64,000 nt of DNA from Bacillota bacterium (GTDB taxonomy: Bacteria; Bacillota; JAAYKD01): positions 2,144,001 through 2,208,000 of the forward strand of contig OY762825.2 of the NCBI GenBank assembly GCA_963666425.2, read 5' to 3'. The position numbers and the translations under genes are program-made. The notes beneath the pieces are model-generated. The model was not told the origin of the DNA. It saw nothing but the letters and a program-made list of their open reading frames with translations, and made no database searches. Below, in pieces: positions 16,914 to 26,831 of the stretch (position 1 is the first letter of the stretch; each line of letters begins with the position of its first letter).

Positions 16914-16942
16914 TTGACAGCAAACATTCGCCTTGTTATACT
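16914..16942 (+). promoter_or_regulatory. Sigma-A promoter of the amidohydrolase
   Basis: TTGACA-17 nt-TATACT with TG; preceded by the hairpin AAGGTTCA..TGAACCTT (16876-16908). Confidence 0.75.
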
Positions 16943-17025
16943 CATATCAGTATCATCCGCTAGTTTTCCAGCGTATTCGAGAGAATTGATGCGAAAATTT
17001 AGATTCTGAAAGGATGGGAAGCAAA

Positions 17026-18492
17026 ATGTTTGATCTTCTGATCAAAAACGCCACCGTGATTACAGTCGATGCACAGCACAGAGTTTATCAGCCCGGTTAT
17101 ATCGCAGTGATTGGTGACAGCATTGCGGCAATTGGACCGATGCAGAATCTGCCGGAACAAGTCGAAGCAAAGAAAATCATCGATGCCGAAGGTCTGGCGG
17201 TGCTGCCGGGTCTGATCGACGGTCATGGCCATGCCGGTCATTGCCTGGTCAAGACCTTTGCCGAGCAGAATGATACGGCGAATCCACCCGGTTGGTGGGG
17301 CTCCATGGCTGAGGATATTTATTTCCGCCATACCGATGATTTCTTTTGGTACGCGGAAGGGGCACTGGCGGCGGCTGAACGCTTGAAATTTGGTATTACC
17401 ACCGGTGTTTCCATGCTGGGCAGCACCCCCCGTCCGGATCGCCTAGAAAATCTCGTTTCGCATTTTGCAGGTGCAGTCAAGACGGGCTTGCGGCAAATTT
17501 CCGGTATTGGCTCCTGTGATGGTCCCTGGCCGAAAAAGCCCTGGGTCTGGCAAAACGGTCAGCATTCTGAAACCAATTTTACTCCGGAGCAAATGGTAGC
17601 GAATACCGAAGCAGCCGTCAAAACCTTAAATGGCAAGCATAAGAGACAGATTTGTATTGTGGCTCCCGGTAGTATCGGCATCAATCAAGACAAAGGAGAT
17701 ACCAGAGAATTCTGTATCTGGAAAAATCAACAGATGGGCCGGATTGCCAAAGAATACAATCAGCCGCTGCATACACATGTCTATGGCGGCGGCGTGCAGT
17801 TTGTCTATGATACCACGCCGGAACTATTGGGACCGACCACGTCCCTGACGCATGCGACGGGTTTGAGTGAGAACGAAATAAAGATTTTAGCCGATACCGG
17901 CGCGGTTTTATTCCACGGTCCAACAACCAGAGCGAATATTAAAAACCGCTGCCCGGTTTATGAAGTATTGCGGGCGGGAGGCGAGGTTGTCATCGTCACC
18001 GATGGCACCGCCCCGGATCGCAGTTATGATATCTGGCGCGATATGAAGGTGTTTCAGGTCATTCACCGTGCCCATGAAAATGATCCGCTATTGGCACCGC
18101 CGGGACGGGTCTTGGAAATGTGTACCATTCGCGCGGCGAGAGCGCTGGGAATTGACCATCTGACGGGTTCGCTCGAGGTTGGCAAACGGGCGGATATCAT
18201 CATTGTCAATACCAAGCAGCCGCACCTGGCTCCTTTTGGCATCATGCCGGTGCAAAGAATCGTCTATCATGCTCAAGGTCAGGATGTCGACACCGTGATT
18301 GTTGACGGTGAAGTGATGATGGAAAACCGCAAGATGCTGGCTTGCGATGAAAAACAGATTTTAGCAGATGCGGAGCAGGCATTTCAGGCACTCTGTGACC
18401 GTCTGGGCAGCGAAAAGGTCAAGGCCTTTACCGCCTACGATGATATTTATGGCATCAGAGCAACGCCGATCAGGAATCCTTATGAGCAATAA
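17026..18492 (+). CDS. Metal-dependent amidohydrolase (MtaD/AtzA-like superfamily)
   Basis: PGLIDGHGH, LHTH, LTHAT, VTDG, GSLEVGKRADII, VDTVIVDG. Confidence 0.88.
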   Translation: MFDLLIKNATVITVDAQHRVYQPGYIAVIGDSIAAIGPMQNLPEQVEAKKIIDAEGLAVLPGLIDGHGHAGHCLVKTFAEQNDTANPPGWWGSMAEDIYFRHTDDFFWYAEGALAAAERLKFGITTGVSMLGSTPRPDRLENLVSHFAGAVKTGLRQISGIGSCDGPWPKKPWVWQNGQHSETNFTPEQMVANTEAAVKTLNGKHKRQICIVAPGSIGINQDKGDTREFCIWKNQQMGRIAKEYNQPLHTHVYGGGVQFVYDTTPELLGPTTSLTHATGLSENEIKILADTGAVLFHGPTTRANIKNRCPVYEVLRAGGEVVIVTDGTAPDRSYDIWRDMKVFQVIHRAHENDPLLAPPGRVLEMCTIRAARALGIDHLTGSLEVGKRADIIIVNTKQPHLAPFGIMPVQRIVYHAQGQDVDTVIVDGEVMMENRKMLACDEKQILADAEQAFQALCDRLGSEKVKAFTAYDDIYGIRATPIRNPYEQ

Positions 18493-18515
18493 GAAGTAAA
18501 GTTGGTTAATTGGCT

Positions 18516-18566
18516 GCAAAAAGGATGGGCAGGCTTCCCTTTTGGGAAGTTGCCCATCCTTTTTGC
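18516..18566. terminator. Bidirectional terminator
   Basis: GCAAAAAGGATGGGCA/TGCCCATCCTTTTTGC arms between convergent genes. Confidence 0.85.
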
Positions 18567-18601
18567 TTCCGGTTCTGTTTTGCTTTTAAACAACTTGTCG
18601 T

Positions 18602-19402
18602 TCAGCAGCGTAGATCTCTTCGATTAAAGAAGAAGTAAGTTCCGGCCGCTGACAAGAGAGCCAAGGCAAAAGAAAGTAAACTAAAAGCCGGATCGATTTG
18701 CTTTTGAAACATCACAGTGTCGGCGTTGAAATAGAGAAAGGGTGAAAAAGCACGCAAAAAATCCAGATCGGCATTGAGGTCAATGACGACTTTGAGAATA
18801 AAGCTGACCAAAATGAGGGCAGTGACGATGGAGGTGGCGGATTTGGCGCTTTTCGCCCAGGCTCCCAACAACAAACCCAAAGCCAAAAAGATCAGCTGAA
18901 TCAGAAAAAGTGCCACACAGATTAAAAATACCGGATAGGTTAAGGGCGTTCCAGTATTATAGTGCTCTACCGAGATCAATGATGTGACAAAGGTGACCAG
19001 ATTGAGGATCAGAATATTGACCAGGGCAGCCGCTATTTTGCAGGTGATGGCATAGGACCTGGTGATCGGCTTGACAAAAAGGAAGTCGGCGGTTTTATCG
19101 CGTTCTTCTTTGGCGATGATCAAAGCGCCCAACATGGAACTATGCACGGTGGCCAGCAGAATGAAATAGAGAAAGAAGATGCTGTAAAACACGGCAACAG
19201 AGGTCAAATCTGCTCCTTCCGCAATTCCCATCACAACTTTCATCGATTCCGGAATTTGCGACATGAACTGCATCACGGCATCTCCGGTTTTAGCAAAGGC
19301 CGAATATTTCAGTAAACCGGCATAAATCAGGAAAACCATGGACAAACACCAAATCAGCAGTGATTTGGCATTTGTTTTCATTTCTCTGAGAAAAATGTTC
19401 AT
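18602..19402 (-). CDS. ABC-2 type exporter permease
   Basis: About 6 TM helices, IAKEERDKTADFLFVKPITR, FSPFLYF. Confidence 0.88.
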   Translation of the reverse strand: MNIFLREMKTNAKSLLIWCLSMVFLIYAGLLKYSAFAKTGDAVMQFMSQIPESMKVVMGIAEGADLTSVAVFYSIFFLYFILLATVHSSMLGALIIAKEERDKTADFLFVKPITRSYAITCKIAAALVNILILNLVTFVTSLISVEHYNTGTPLTYPVFLICVALFLIQLIFLALGLLLGAWAKSAKSATSIVTALILVSFILKVVIDLNADLDFLRAFSPFLYFNADTVMFQKQIDPAFSLLSFALALLSAAGTYFFFNRRDLRC

Positions 19403-19415
19403 ACCTTAAAGCCTC

Positions 19416-20213
19416 CTATACTGCATGGATATCTTTTCTTTGATAGATACCATAACTCAGCAAAAGCAAAATAAAGAGAACTCCTAAGTCGAGCGCGACA
19501 TACTTTAGATCAAAATGGAGTTGAGACAGCAGTTCGGAAGCTCTGAAGTAAGAAAATGGTGTCAAATACGTTAATTTTTGTTCCATTAACGATTGATTGA
19601 TCATATCAATGATATAGAACATGAAAACCACACCTAGGGTGACCGGCATGACGGACTTTATTTTCTTGAGCAGCACGGAAACAAAGATACCAATGCCGAC
19701 AAAAAATAATTGTACCAGGAACAAGGAGCCGCCGAGCAGCATAAAATACTGCAGCTTGATCTGACTGCCTTCCACCAACCAAGCCGCTGGCAGGCAGCAA
19801 CCAAAGACCAGCATATTCTGTACGACGAGACAGAGCAGGACGGCCGCTAACTTCGCCGTGACAATTTGATAGCGCTGAACGGGTTTGGATAAGAGGAAAT
19901 CGGCGGTTTTAGCTCTGGTTTCTTCAGACAGCACACTGACACTGAGTTTCATGCTGTAGACAGCGCCGATCAAAACGATGTAACTGTAGAGAAAGCTCAA
20001 GTAACCGTTGATCTCTGAAAGGCTGACATCCGCAAAGCCAAAAGCAGCTTTGAATTCTCTGGGAAAATTAGCGAGAATGGCATCCAAAAGGGCAGTGTCG
20101 GCAGCAATGATATGGAAAAGAGAAATAAACAGGTAGAACGTTACGAGGATACCTAAGGTATAAGAGAGCAGGGATTTCAACTGCATCTTAAATTCCTGTA
20201 AAAAGATGTTCAC
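19416..20213 (-). CDS. ABC-2 type exporter permease
   Basis: LSEETRAKTADFLLSKPVQR, LTPFSYF, YQRKDI; GTG start after GGAGGAGG; paralog of the adjacent permease. Confidence 0.88.
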   Translation of the reverse strand: MNIFLQEFKMQLKSLLSYTLGILVTFYLFISLFHIIAADTALLDAILANFPREFKAAFGFADVSLSEINGYLSFLYSYIVLIGAVYSMKLSVSVLSEETRAKTADFLLSKPVQRYQIVTAKLAAVLLCLVVQNMLVFGCCLPAAWLVEGSQIKLQYFMLLGGSLFLVQLFFVGIGIFVSVLLKKIKSVMPVTLGVVFMFYIIDMINQSLMEQKLTYLTPFSYFRASELLSQLHFDLKYVALDLGVLFILLLLSYGIYQRKDIHAV

Positions 20214-21105
20214 GAGCGGCCTCCTCCTTTTGATAATAATGCAGGAAGATTTCCTCCAACTCAGGCTCTTCAATCATCAGATTTGTCAATTCGCAAGATC
20301 GGAGTGCTTCCAGTAAGGAGTTGATATTGCCGTTATACAAAAAAGCAGCTTCCTGTCCGCTGACGAGATAGTTGGTGACCCCGGTGAGCAATGCTAATTC
20401 GGTCAGCGGCTCGGATTTAAATTCTAATTTTACCTCTTTGAAGGTCTTGCTGCGCAGTGCGTCGATGTCTTCGATTTTCACAATCCTACCTTCCCGGATG
20501 ATGGCGACACGGGAACAGAGTTTTTGCACTTCAGGCAGAATGTGCGATGAAAAGAGCACGGTAGCGCCGCGCTTATTTTCTTCGCGGATCAGGTTGAAGA
20601 ATCTTTGCTGCATCAACGGATCTAGGCCGCTGGTTGGTTCATCGAGAATGATCAATTGGGGACTGTGCAGCAAACCTTGAACGATTCCTACTTTCTTTTT
20701 GTTGCCATAACTTAAATCATCAATTTTACGGGTCAAATCCAAATCCATGACGTCAGCCAGATACTTGATTCTCTTCATGTCGGTCTTGCCATAGAAGGAA
20801 GCCGAATATTTTAGTAATTCGAGGACTTTCATGTCATCGTAATAAAACACTTCCGACGGCAGATAACCAATTTGCTTTCTGATTTCATGCCCCTCTTTGA
20901 TACAGTCGCGGCCAAAAATGGTCGCGCTGCCGCTGGTAGGGTGAATCAGTGCCAGGAGGGTGCGGATTGTGGTGGATTTGCCGGCACCATTCGGTCCGAT
21001 AAAACCGAAAATCTCATTTTCTTTGACCTCAAAGCTGATATCCAGAATCCCTCTTGACTTACCATAAAATTTAGTCAGATTTTTGATTTCAATCACATTT
21101 TCCAT
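20188..21105 (-). CDS. ABC transporter ATP-binding protein
   Basis: GPNGAGKST, LSYGN signature, IILDEPTSGLDP, SSH. Confidence 0.95.
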   Translation of the reverse strand: MENVIEIKNLTKFYGKSRGILDISFEVKENEIFGFIGPNGAGKSTTIRTLLALIHPTSGSATIFGRDCIKEGHEIRKQIGYLPSEVFYYDDMKVLELLKYSASFYGKTDMKRIKYLADVMDLDLTRKIDDLSYGNKKKVGIVQGLLHSPQLIILDEPTSGLDPLMQQRFFNLIREENKRGATVLFSSHILPEVQKLCSRVAIIREGRIVKIEDIDALRSKTFKEVKLEFKSEPLTELALLTGVTNYLVSGQEAAFLYNGNINSLLEALRSCELTNLMIEEPELEEIFLHYYQKEEAAREHLFTGI

Positions 21106-21724
21106 ACGAATCCTCCTTATAAAAGCTTACTCTAAAGAGAGATAAGAACGGTGCCAGAGCGTCTAAAATTTCTTTGGCTGAGAGCGAATTCCATTCTTTA
21201 TCGGCGTTTTGACGAACGAAATTCTCCGACCATTTTTCCAGGGTATAAAGCATGGTTGCTAAAGCGGATTTCCGATCAAGGTCAGGTTTGAATAAACTAT
21301 AGTCGATATTTTCATAAACAAGACCAAAGCTCTGATCCAACAAATCCCGATTGAGAGCAGCAATTTCTTCTTTCACTTGCAAAGAAGTTTCCAGATAGGC
21401 TGTTTTGATAAAATCAAAGATTTCCGGATGCTTTTTCATCAGTTCAAATTTCAACAAAATTAAGGCTTGGATGCGCAATAAAAAATCTCTCTGGTCGGGA
21501 TCAAGCTTCTCACAGATTTCCATGATATAAATCAGAACCGCTTGCCGATAAACCGAGAGAAACAATTCCTTTTTGGTAGAGAAGTAATGAAAGACCAGCC
21601 CTTTGGATACACCGGCCTCTGCTGCAATCTGATTGATGGAAGTCTTTTCATAACCGCATTGTGAGAAAATCTTGATTGCCGCATTGACTATTTTTTCTTT
21701 TGCTGAAGCAGCCTCCCCATCCAA
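21089..21724 (-). CDS. TetR/AcrR family regulator
   Basis: GYEKTSINQIAAEAGVSKGLVFHYFSTKKEL HTH. Confidence 0.93.
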   Translation of the reverse strand: MDGEAASAKEKIVNAAIKIFSQCGYEKTSINQIAAEAGVSKGLVFHYFSTKKELFLSVYRQAVLIYIMEICEKLDPDQRDFLLRIQALILLKFELMKKHPEIFDFIKTAYLETSLQVKEEIAALNRDLLDQSFGLVYENIDYSLFKPDLDRKSALATMLYTLEKWSENFVRQNADKEWNSLSAKEILDALAPFLSLFRVSFYKEDSYGKCD

Positions 21725-21763
21725 ATGATAACATCTCCTTTAAAAAATAAATGAATCAAGCAG

Positions 21764-21796
21764 ATTATAGCACTATTGACCGAATCGGTCAATAGT
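21764..21796 (-). promoter_or_regulatory. Sigma-A promoter overlapped by a perfect 25-bp palindromic operator
   Basis: Minus strand TTGACC-17 nt-TATAAT; ACTATTGACCGA-A-TCGGTCAATAGT at 21772-21796. Confidence 0.85.
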
Positions 21797-21989
21797 ACAA
21801 CACGTCGCTGCATTGCTTCGAAAAACCTGAGGATGTGAATATTTCATGATTTGTCTCCAGGAAAAGCATTGTATTTCCAACTGAAGATAAAGTATAATAC
21901 GGATATGTCGCAGGCACAGTTTGTTGCCAAGCACATTGATGGAAAATTTCAGCCTCGAAAGGCTTCGATGCGATAGGTAAGAAGGGAGC

Positions 21990-22646
21990 ATGACAAGGAT
22001 GAAGAAAAGCAATTCAGGCAGAAAAGGTTTTACTCTTGTTGAAATTATTGTGGTCCTTGTAATCCTTGCCTTGCTGGCAGCGATTGCCATTCCTAGCTTG
22101 ACAGGTTATATCCGCAAAGCGCAAAAGGCCAATGATACCGTCAATCTGCATACCTTGAACTCGGCAACAACCTGTTACCGTTTGAATAAAGTCATTACGA
22201 ATAATGATGTTTTTGACCCTCTCACGACTGAGAATGCCAGAATGCAGGCGTTGATTTCAGAAGGTTTTCTGGAGCAGATCCTGATTTCTCAACAAAAGGA
22301 TGTCCAGTATGTTTGGCATATCCCCACGCAAAAGTGGCTAAGCGAACCGGTGTCCGATTCACCGCCAACGATTGCAGTTGCCAGTGTATCCCTGAATAAA
22401 TCTTTCCTTATCGTATCTGATCCAGCTAATGGCGGAGACAATGCCAGCCCAAAGACTTTGCTTGCCACCGTGCTGCCGGTCAACGCGAGTAATCTCACAG
22501 TGACTTGGTCTTCCAGTGACACTGCCATTGCTACCGTTGATAGCAACGGGGTAGTGAGATTTGTCAAACCAGGAAATGTGGTGATTACTGCCACCAGTGC
22601 GGATGGCAGTAAAACGGCAACCTGTGCTGTGCGAACGCAGTGGTAG
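21990..22646 (+). CDS. Type IV prepilin-like protein with a C-terminal Ig-like (Big_2) domain
   Basis: RKG|FTLVE class III signal; VASVSL..LLATVLP.NASN.TVTWSSSD.AIATVD.NGVV..G.VVITATS.DGSKTATC.V. Confidence 0.88.
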   Translation: MTRMKKSNSGRKGFTLVEIIVVLVILALLAAIAIPSLTGYIRKAQKANDTVNLHTLNSATTCYRLNKVITNNDVFDPLTTENARMQALISEGFLEQILISQQKDVQYVWHIPTQKWLSEPVSDSPPTIAVASVSLNKSFLIVSDPANGGDNASPKTLLATVLPVNASNLTVTWSSSDTAIATVDSNGVVRFVKPGNVVITATSADGSKTATCAVRTQW

Positions 22647-22722
22647 AAAGAATGAATCGCAGTCAATCGGTCAGCAGGCTTTTTAACTGCAACGGCTTGA
22701 TCACAAGGAGAGTGTTATAAAC

Positions 22723-25296
22723 ATGGAAGCGGAAAAGAAAATGAAATACTGGAGCCTCTCTCCCGATGTCGTGCTGCAGGAACTGCAGTCGTCCAAAACC
22801 GGACTCAGCCGGGAAGAAGCTGCCCGCCGATTAAAGCAGTACGGTGCCAATACGATCCAGGCGCAAAAGAAAAATGCGCCGCTGCGGCTTTTTCTCAATC
22901 AATTCAAAAGTCTGATTATTTTGATTATGCTGATTGCAACTGCAATTTCGGCCGCAACCGGTGACTGGCTTGATTCCGTCATTATTTTGGCCATCGTTTT
23001 GGCCAGTGCGGTCCTCAGCTTTTTGCAGGAATATAGCGCCGATCATGCCATCAGCGAGCTGCGCTCGCGCATTCAACAGAAATCTACCGTAGTTCGCAGC
23101 GAACAGGAATTGGAAATTCCAACAATTGAGCTGGTAGTCGGTGATATCGTTTTGCTTTCCGCAGGAAGTCTGATCCCTGCCGATGGGTTGATTTTGGAAT
23201 GTGATGCGTTTAATGTCAATCAATCGATTCTAACCGGAGAGGCGTTTGCGGTTGAAAAAGAAGCAGTGCCTGTCGAGGCGGAAACCGCGTTAGCGAATCG
23301 TAAAAATTGTGTCTTTATGGGAACCAATGTGCGCAGCGGCAATGCTAAAATACTGGTGGTCGAGACAGGACTCCAGACCGAATTCGGCCAAATTGCAAAA
23401 GATCTCGAAGCCAGCGCGCCCGAAACAGAATTCGGACGCGGTGTGCGTCGTTTCGGTTATTTATTGGCCGGGATCATGCTTGTTTTAACCCTGTTTGTCT
23501 TCCTGTTGAATTTGATTTTCCAGAGACCCTTCATCGATTCCTTATTGTTTTCGGTCGCTTTGGCGATTGGCATTACACCGCAGTTATTACCGGCGATCAT
23601 CAATATCACGCTTTCCCAAGGAGCGCAGACCATGGCGAAAAAAGGGGTTATTGTCCGTCACCTGACCGCCTTGGAGAATTTCGGCAGTATGGATGTGCTC
23701 TGTACCGATAAAACCGGTACTCTGACCGAAGGCGTGGTTCATCTCGATGCGGCAGTGGATGCCCAAGGAAATCCTTCCGAAGCAGTTTTTCGTTTGGCAT
23801 ATCTCAATTCTAAACTGCAAATCGGATTGGTGAATGACCTGGATAAGGTGATTATCTCTAATCGGCAGCTTGAGATCGGCGACGTCCGGAAAATCGGAGA
23901 AATTCCCTTTAACTTCGTACGCAAACGGCTCAGTGTGATCGTGCAGGACAGCACAGGCTGCAAAATGATCACAAAAGGCGCATTAAATAGTATACTCACA
24001 ATTTGCAGCAAAGTAGAAACCGAAACGGGAGAGCAAACGCTCGATGCCTCGCACTTGGCAGCCATCAATCAACATTTGGTGGAATGGAGCGACCAAGGGT
24101 TTCGTGTGTTGGGTATTGCTCAGAAATCGCTGGAGGTTCGAGCGAAATATACGGTGCAGGATGAACAGGATTTGACCTTTGCAGGTTTCTTATTGTTTTT
24201 AGATCCACTGAAAGCGGATGTCATTCAAACCGTATCGGATCTGGCTCAGCTTGGGATTCAGCTGCGGGTGATCACCGGTGATAATCATCTGGTTGCTCTG
24301 CACATCGCTAAATCGCTCGGTATGCAGATCCGGCAAGTCCTGACGGGCAGCGAGCTGAGCGAATTAAGCGATGATGCCTTGCTGGAACGCATTGAAACAA
24401 CCGATTTGTTTACCGAAGTGAATCCCAGCCAAAAAAAGCGCATCATTCTCGCTTTGAAAAAGCAAGGTCATGTAGTTGGCTATATGGGCGACGGGATCAA
24501 CGACGCACCAGCTTTACATGTGGCTGATGTGAGCATTTCTGTCAGCACGGCGGTGGATGTGGCCAAAGAATCAGCCGATTTTGTGCTGCAGGAGAAAAAT
24601 TTGAGTATCCTGAAAAACGGTGTCCTCTTAGGGCGGGCTACGTTTGCTAACACCTTAAAGTATATCAATATTACCACCAGTGCGAATTTCGGCAATATGT
24701 TTAGCATGGCAGGCGCATCTTTGTTTCTTCCGTTTTTGCCGCTGCTGCCAAAGCAAATCTTGCTGATCAATTTTATCTCGGATTTTCCTGCTATGACCAT
24801 TGCGGCGGATACCGTTGATGAAGAAACCATTGCGGTACCGCAACGCTGGGATATGCGCTCCATTCGTAATTTTATGTTTACCTTCGGTTTCATCAGTACT
24901 GCTTTCGATTATTTGTCCTTTGCCGTGCTTTTATTTGGCTTCCGGGCCGGGGAAGAGCTCTTTCAAAGCAGCTGGTTTGTGCTTTCGATTCTGACAGAAC
25001 TGTTGATCTTATTGGTTGCCCGCACCCGAAAGCCCTTCTATCAAAGCAAACCGGCGCCGATTCTCTTATATTCCACCATTGCAGTCGGAATTTTCACTCT
25101 GATTCTCCCTTATTTGCCGCTGCAAAAAGCATTGAATATCGTCGCAATTCCATTGCCGACCTTATTGGCTTTGTTGGGAATTGCTCTGCTCTATATCATT
25201 ACCACTGAAATCGCAAAACATTTCTTCTACCGCAGTAACTTAGCGCTGAAAAAAAGCAGCGTTTCAAAAGCGGAAGGCAGCGAAAGGAAGGATTAG
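22723..25296 (+). CDS. mgtA: Magnesium-translocating P-type ATPase (MgtA/MgtB-like)
   Basis: LTGE, DKTGT, GDGINDAPAL, NTLKYI..SANFGNMFSM typical of P3B ATPases. Confidence 0.82.
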   Translation: MEAEKKMKYWSLSPDVVLQELQSSKTGLSREEAARRLKQYGANTIQAQKKNAPLRLFLNQFKSLIILIMLIATAISAATGDWLDSVIILAIVLASAVLSFLQEYSADHAISELRSRIQQKSTVVRSEQELEIPTIELVVGDIVLLSAGSLIPADGLILECDAFNVNQSILTGEAFAVEKEAVPVEAETALANRKNCVFMGTNVRSGNAKILVVETGLQTEFGQIAKDLEASAPETEFGRGVRRFGYLLAGIMLVLTLFVFLLNLIFQRPFIDSLLFSVALAIGITPQLLPAIINITLSQGAQTMAKKGVIVRHLTALENFGSMDVLCTDKTGTLTEGVVHLDAAVDAQGNPSEAVFRLAYLNSKLQIGLVNDLDKVIISNRQLEIGDVRKIGEIPFNFVRKRLSVIVQDSTGCKMITKGALNSILTICSKVETETGEQTLDASHLAAINQHLVEWSDQGFRVLGIAQKSLEVRAKYTVQDEQDLTFAGFLLFLDPLKADVIQTVSDLAQLGIQLRVITGDNHLVALHIAKSLGMQIRQVLTGSELSELSDDALLERIETTDLFTEVNPSQKKRIILALKKQGHVVGYMGDGINDAPALHVADVSISVSTAVDVAKESADFVLQEKNLSILKNGVLLGRATFANTLKYINITTSANFGNMFSMAGASLFLPFLPLLPKQILLINFISDFPAMTIAADTVDEETIAVPQRWDMRSIRNFMFTFGFISTAFDYLSFAVLLFGFRAGEELFQSSWFVLSILTELLILLVARTRKPFYQSKPAPILLYSTIAVGIFTLILPYLPLQKALNIVAIPLPTLLALLGIALLYIITTEIAKHFFYRSNLALKKSSVSKAEGSERKD

Positions 25297-25297
25297 G

Positions 25298-26809
25298 ATG
25301 ATCAGAGGATTGGAGTCGTCTGTTACCAAGATTCGCAAACAGGTTTTTGCCGAAGTGGCACGTTTAGCTTATGAAGGCGGTGATTATTCCCGCGTGGAAC
25401 AGTTGCCTTATGTGATTGTGCCTGGTGAAACCGCCAAATACAGAGAGTCAATTTTCCTGGAGCGGGCGATTGCCGGGGAGCGCATTCGTTTGGCAATGGG
25501 ACTGCCGCTTCGTCCGGTCAGCGAACATAAATTGTTATCGGAAGGTGTTGACCAAAGCGCCATCGCCGAGAAATACTACGAGCCGCCGTTGGTGAATATT
25601 ATCCCTTTTGCCTGTAATGCCTGTCCAACGACCCAATATAAAGTTACCGAATTTTGTCAGGGCTGCCTGGCGAAATCCTGCGCCCAGGTCTGCCCCACTC
25701 AGGCGATCACTTTTGAACATTTAAAGGCTGTGATTGACCAGAATAAATGCATCAAATGCGGCCGCTGCAGCAGCGCCTGTTCCTATAATGCCGTGATCCG
25801 GTTGGAACGTCCCTGCGCCGCCGCCTGTGGTATTGACGCGATTGGTATGGATGAGCACGGCAAAGCAAAAATCGATTACAATAAATGTGTGTCCTGCGGT
25901 ATGTGTTTGGTCAATTGTCCGTTCGGGGCAATTGTCGATAAGGGGCAGATTTTTCAGTTGGTACTTTCCATTCAACGCGGTGATCAAGTAATTGCCATTG
26001 TAGCGCCTTCTTTTCTTGGCCAGTTTGGCACCGATGCAACGCCGGAACGATTTACTGCTGCCATGCAGCAACTGGGCTTTGACAGAGTAGTGGAAGTTGC
26101 GGTGGGAGCCGATCTCTGTACCGTTCAGGAGGCGGAGCTTTTCCTGCAGGAAGTGCCGGCAGAAAAACCTTTCCTGGCCACTTCCTGCTGTCCTTCCTGG
26201 TCGATGATGGCCAAACAACTCTTCCCCCAATTTGCTGACTGTATTTCGATGGCGCTGACCCCGATGGTGTTGACCGCCAGGCTGCTGAAAAAAAAATACC
26301 CCAAAGCACGTATTGCTTTTATCGGACCCTGCTCGGCAAAAAAACTGGAAGCCAGCCGCAGCGATATTCGCAGCGATGTAGATTTTGTGCTGACTTTTGA
26401 GGAACTGCAGGGGATGTTTGTGGCGAAAGAGGTTCAATTCCAGCAAATCACAACAGAAATACCGCTGAATCAGGCAACCGCGGCCGGACGGGGCTTTGCG
26501 GTGACCGGTGGTGTTTCCGGTGCGGTCGTTGAAGTGATCGGGAAATTGCAGCCGGAGCGCCAAATCAAAGTGATGACTGCGGAAGGATTGCGCAATTGTA
26601 AGAAAATGCTGATGGCAGCCAAAGCCGGAGTTTATAACGGTTATTTGTTGGAAGGCATGGCTTGCCCGGGCGGTTGTATTGCCGGAGCCGGTACGATTCA
26701 GCCAATCGGTAAATCCAGAGAGGAAGTAGCGAATTATAAGAATGCTGCCCAAGAGAAGAATGCGCTGGATTCAAAATATGTGATCAACTTACCGGAACTG
26801 GAAGAATAA
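25298..26809 (+). CDS. Monomeric [FeFe] hydrogenase (group B-like) with extra ferredoxin-type [4Fe-4S] motifs
   Basis: H-cluster motifs TSCCPSW, GPCSAKKLE, EGMACPGGCIAGAG; CNAC, CQGC..C..CP, CIKCGRC, CVSCGMC..CP. Confidence 0.92.
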   Translation: MIRGLESSVTKIRKQVFAEVARLAYEGGDYSRVEQLPYVIVPGETAKYRESIFLERAIAGERIRLAMGLPLRPVSEHKLLSEGVDQSAIAEKYYEPPLVNIIPFACNACPTTQYKVTEFCQGCLAKSCAQVCPTQAITFEHLKAVIDQNKCIKCGRCSSACSYNAVIRLERPCAAACGIDAIGMDEHGKAKIDYNKCVSCGMCLVNCPFGAIVDKGQIFQLVLSIQRGDQVIAIVAPSFLGQFGTDATPERFTAAMQQLGFDRVVEVAVGADLCTVQEAELFLQEVPAEKPFLATSCCPSWSMMAKQLFPQFADCISMALTPMVLTARLLKKKYPKARIAFIGPCSAKKLEASRSDIRSDVDFVLTFEELQGMFVAKEVQFQQITTEIPLNQATAAGRGFAVTGGVSGAVVEVIGKLQPERQIKVMTAEGLRNCKKMLMAAKAGVYNGYLLEGMACPGGCIAGAGTIQPIGKSREEVANYKNAAQEKNALDSKYVINLPELEE

Positions 26810-26831
26810 TACAGTGAGCGGAGGAACCAAG

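Noticed and set aside
21900-21985. Pilin leader as a possible c-di-GMP riboswitch
   Set aside because: A GAAA-capped hairpin is present, but the class I and class II conserved cores were not found
25721-26752. 343-aa antisense ORF inside the hydrogenase
   Set aside because: Shadow ORF on the opposite strand of a well-supported gene; no motifs
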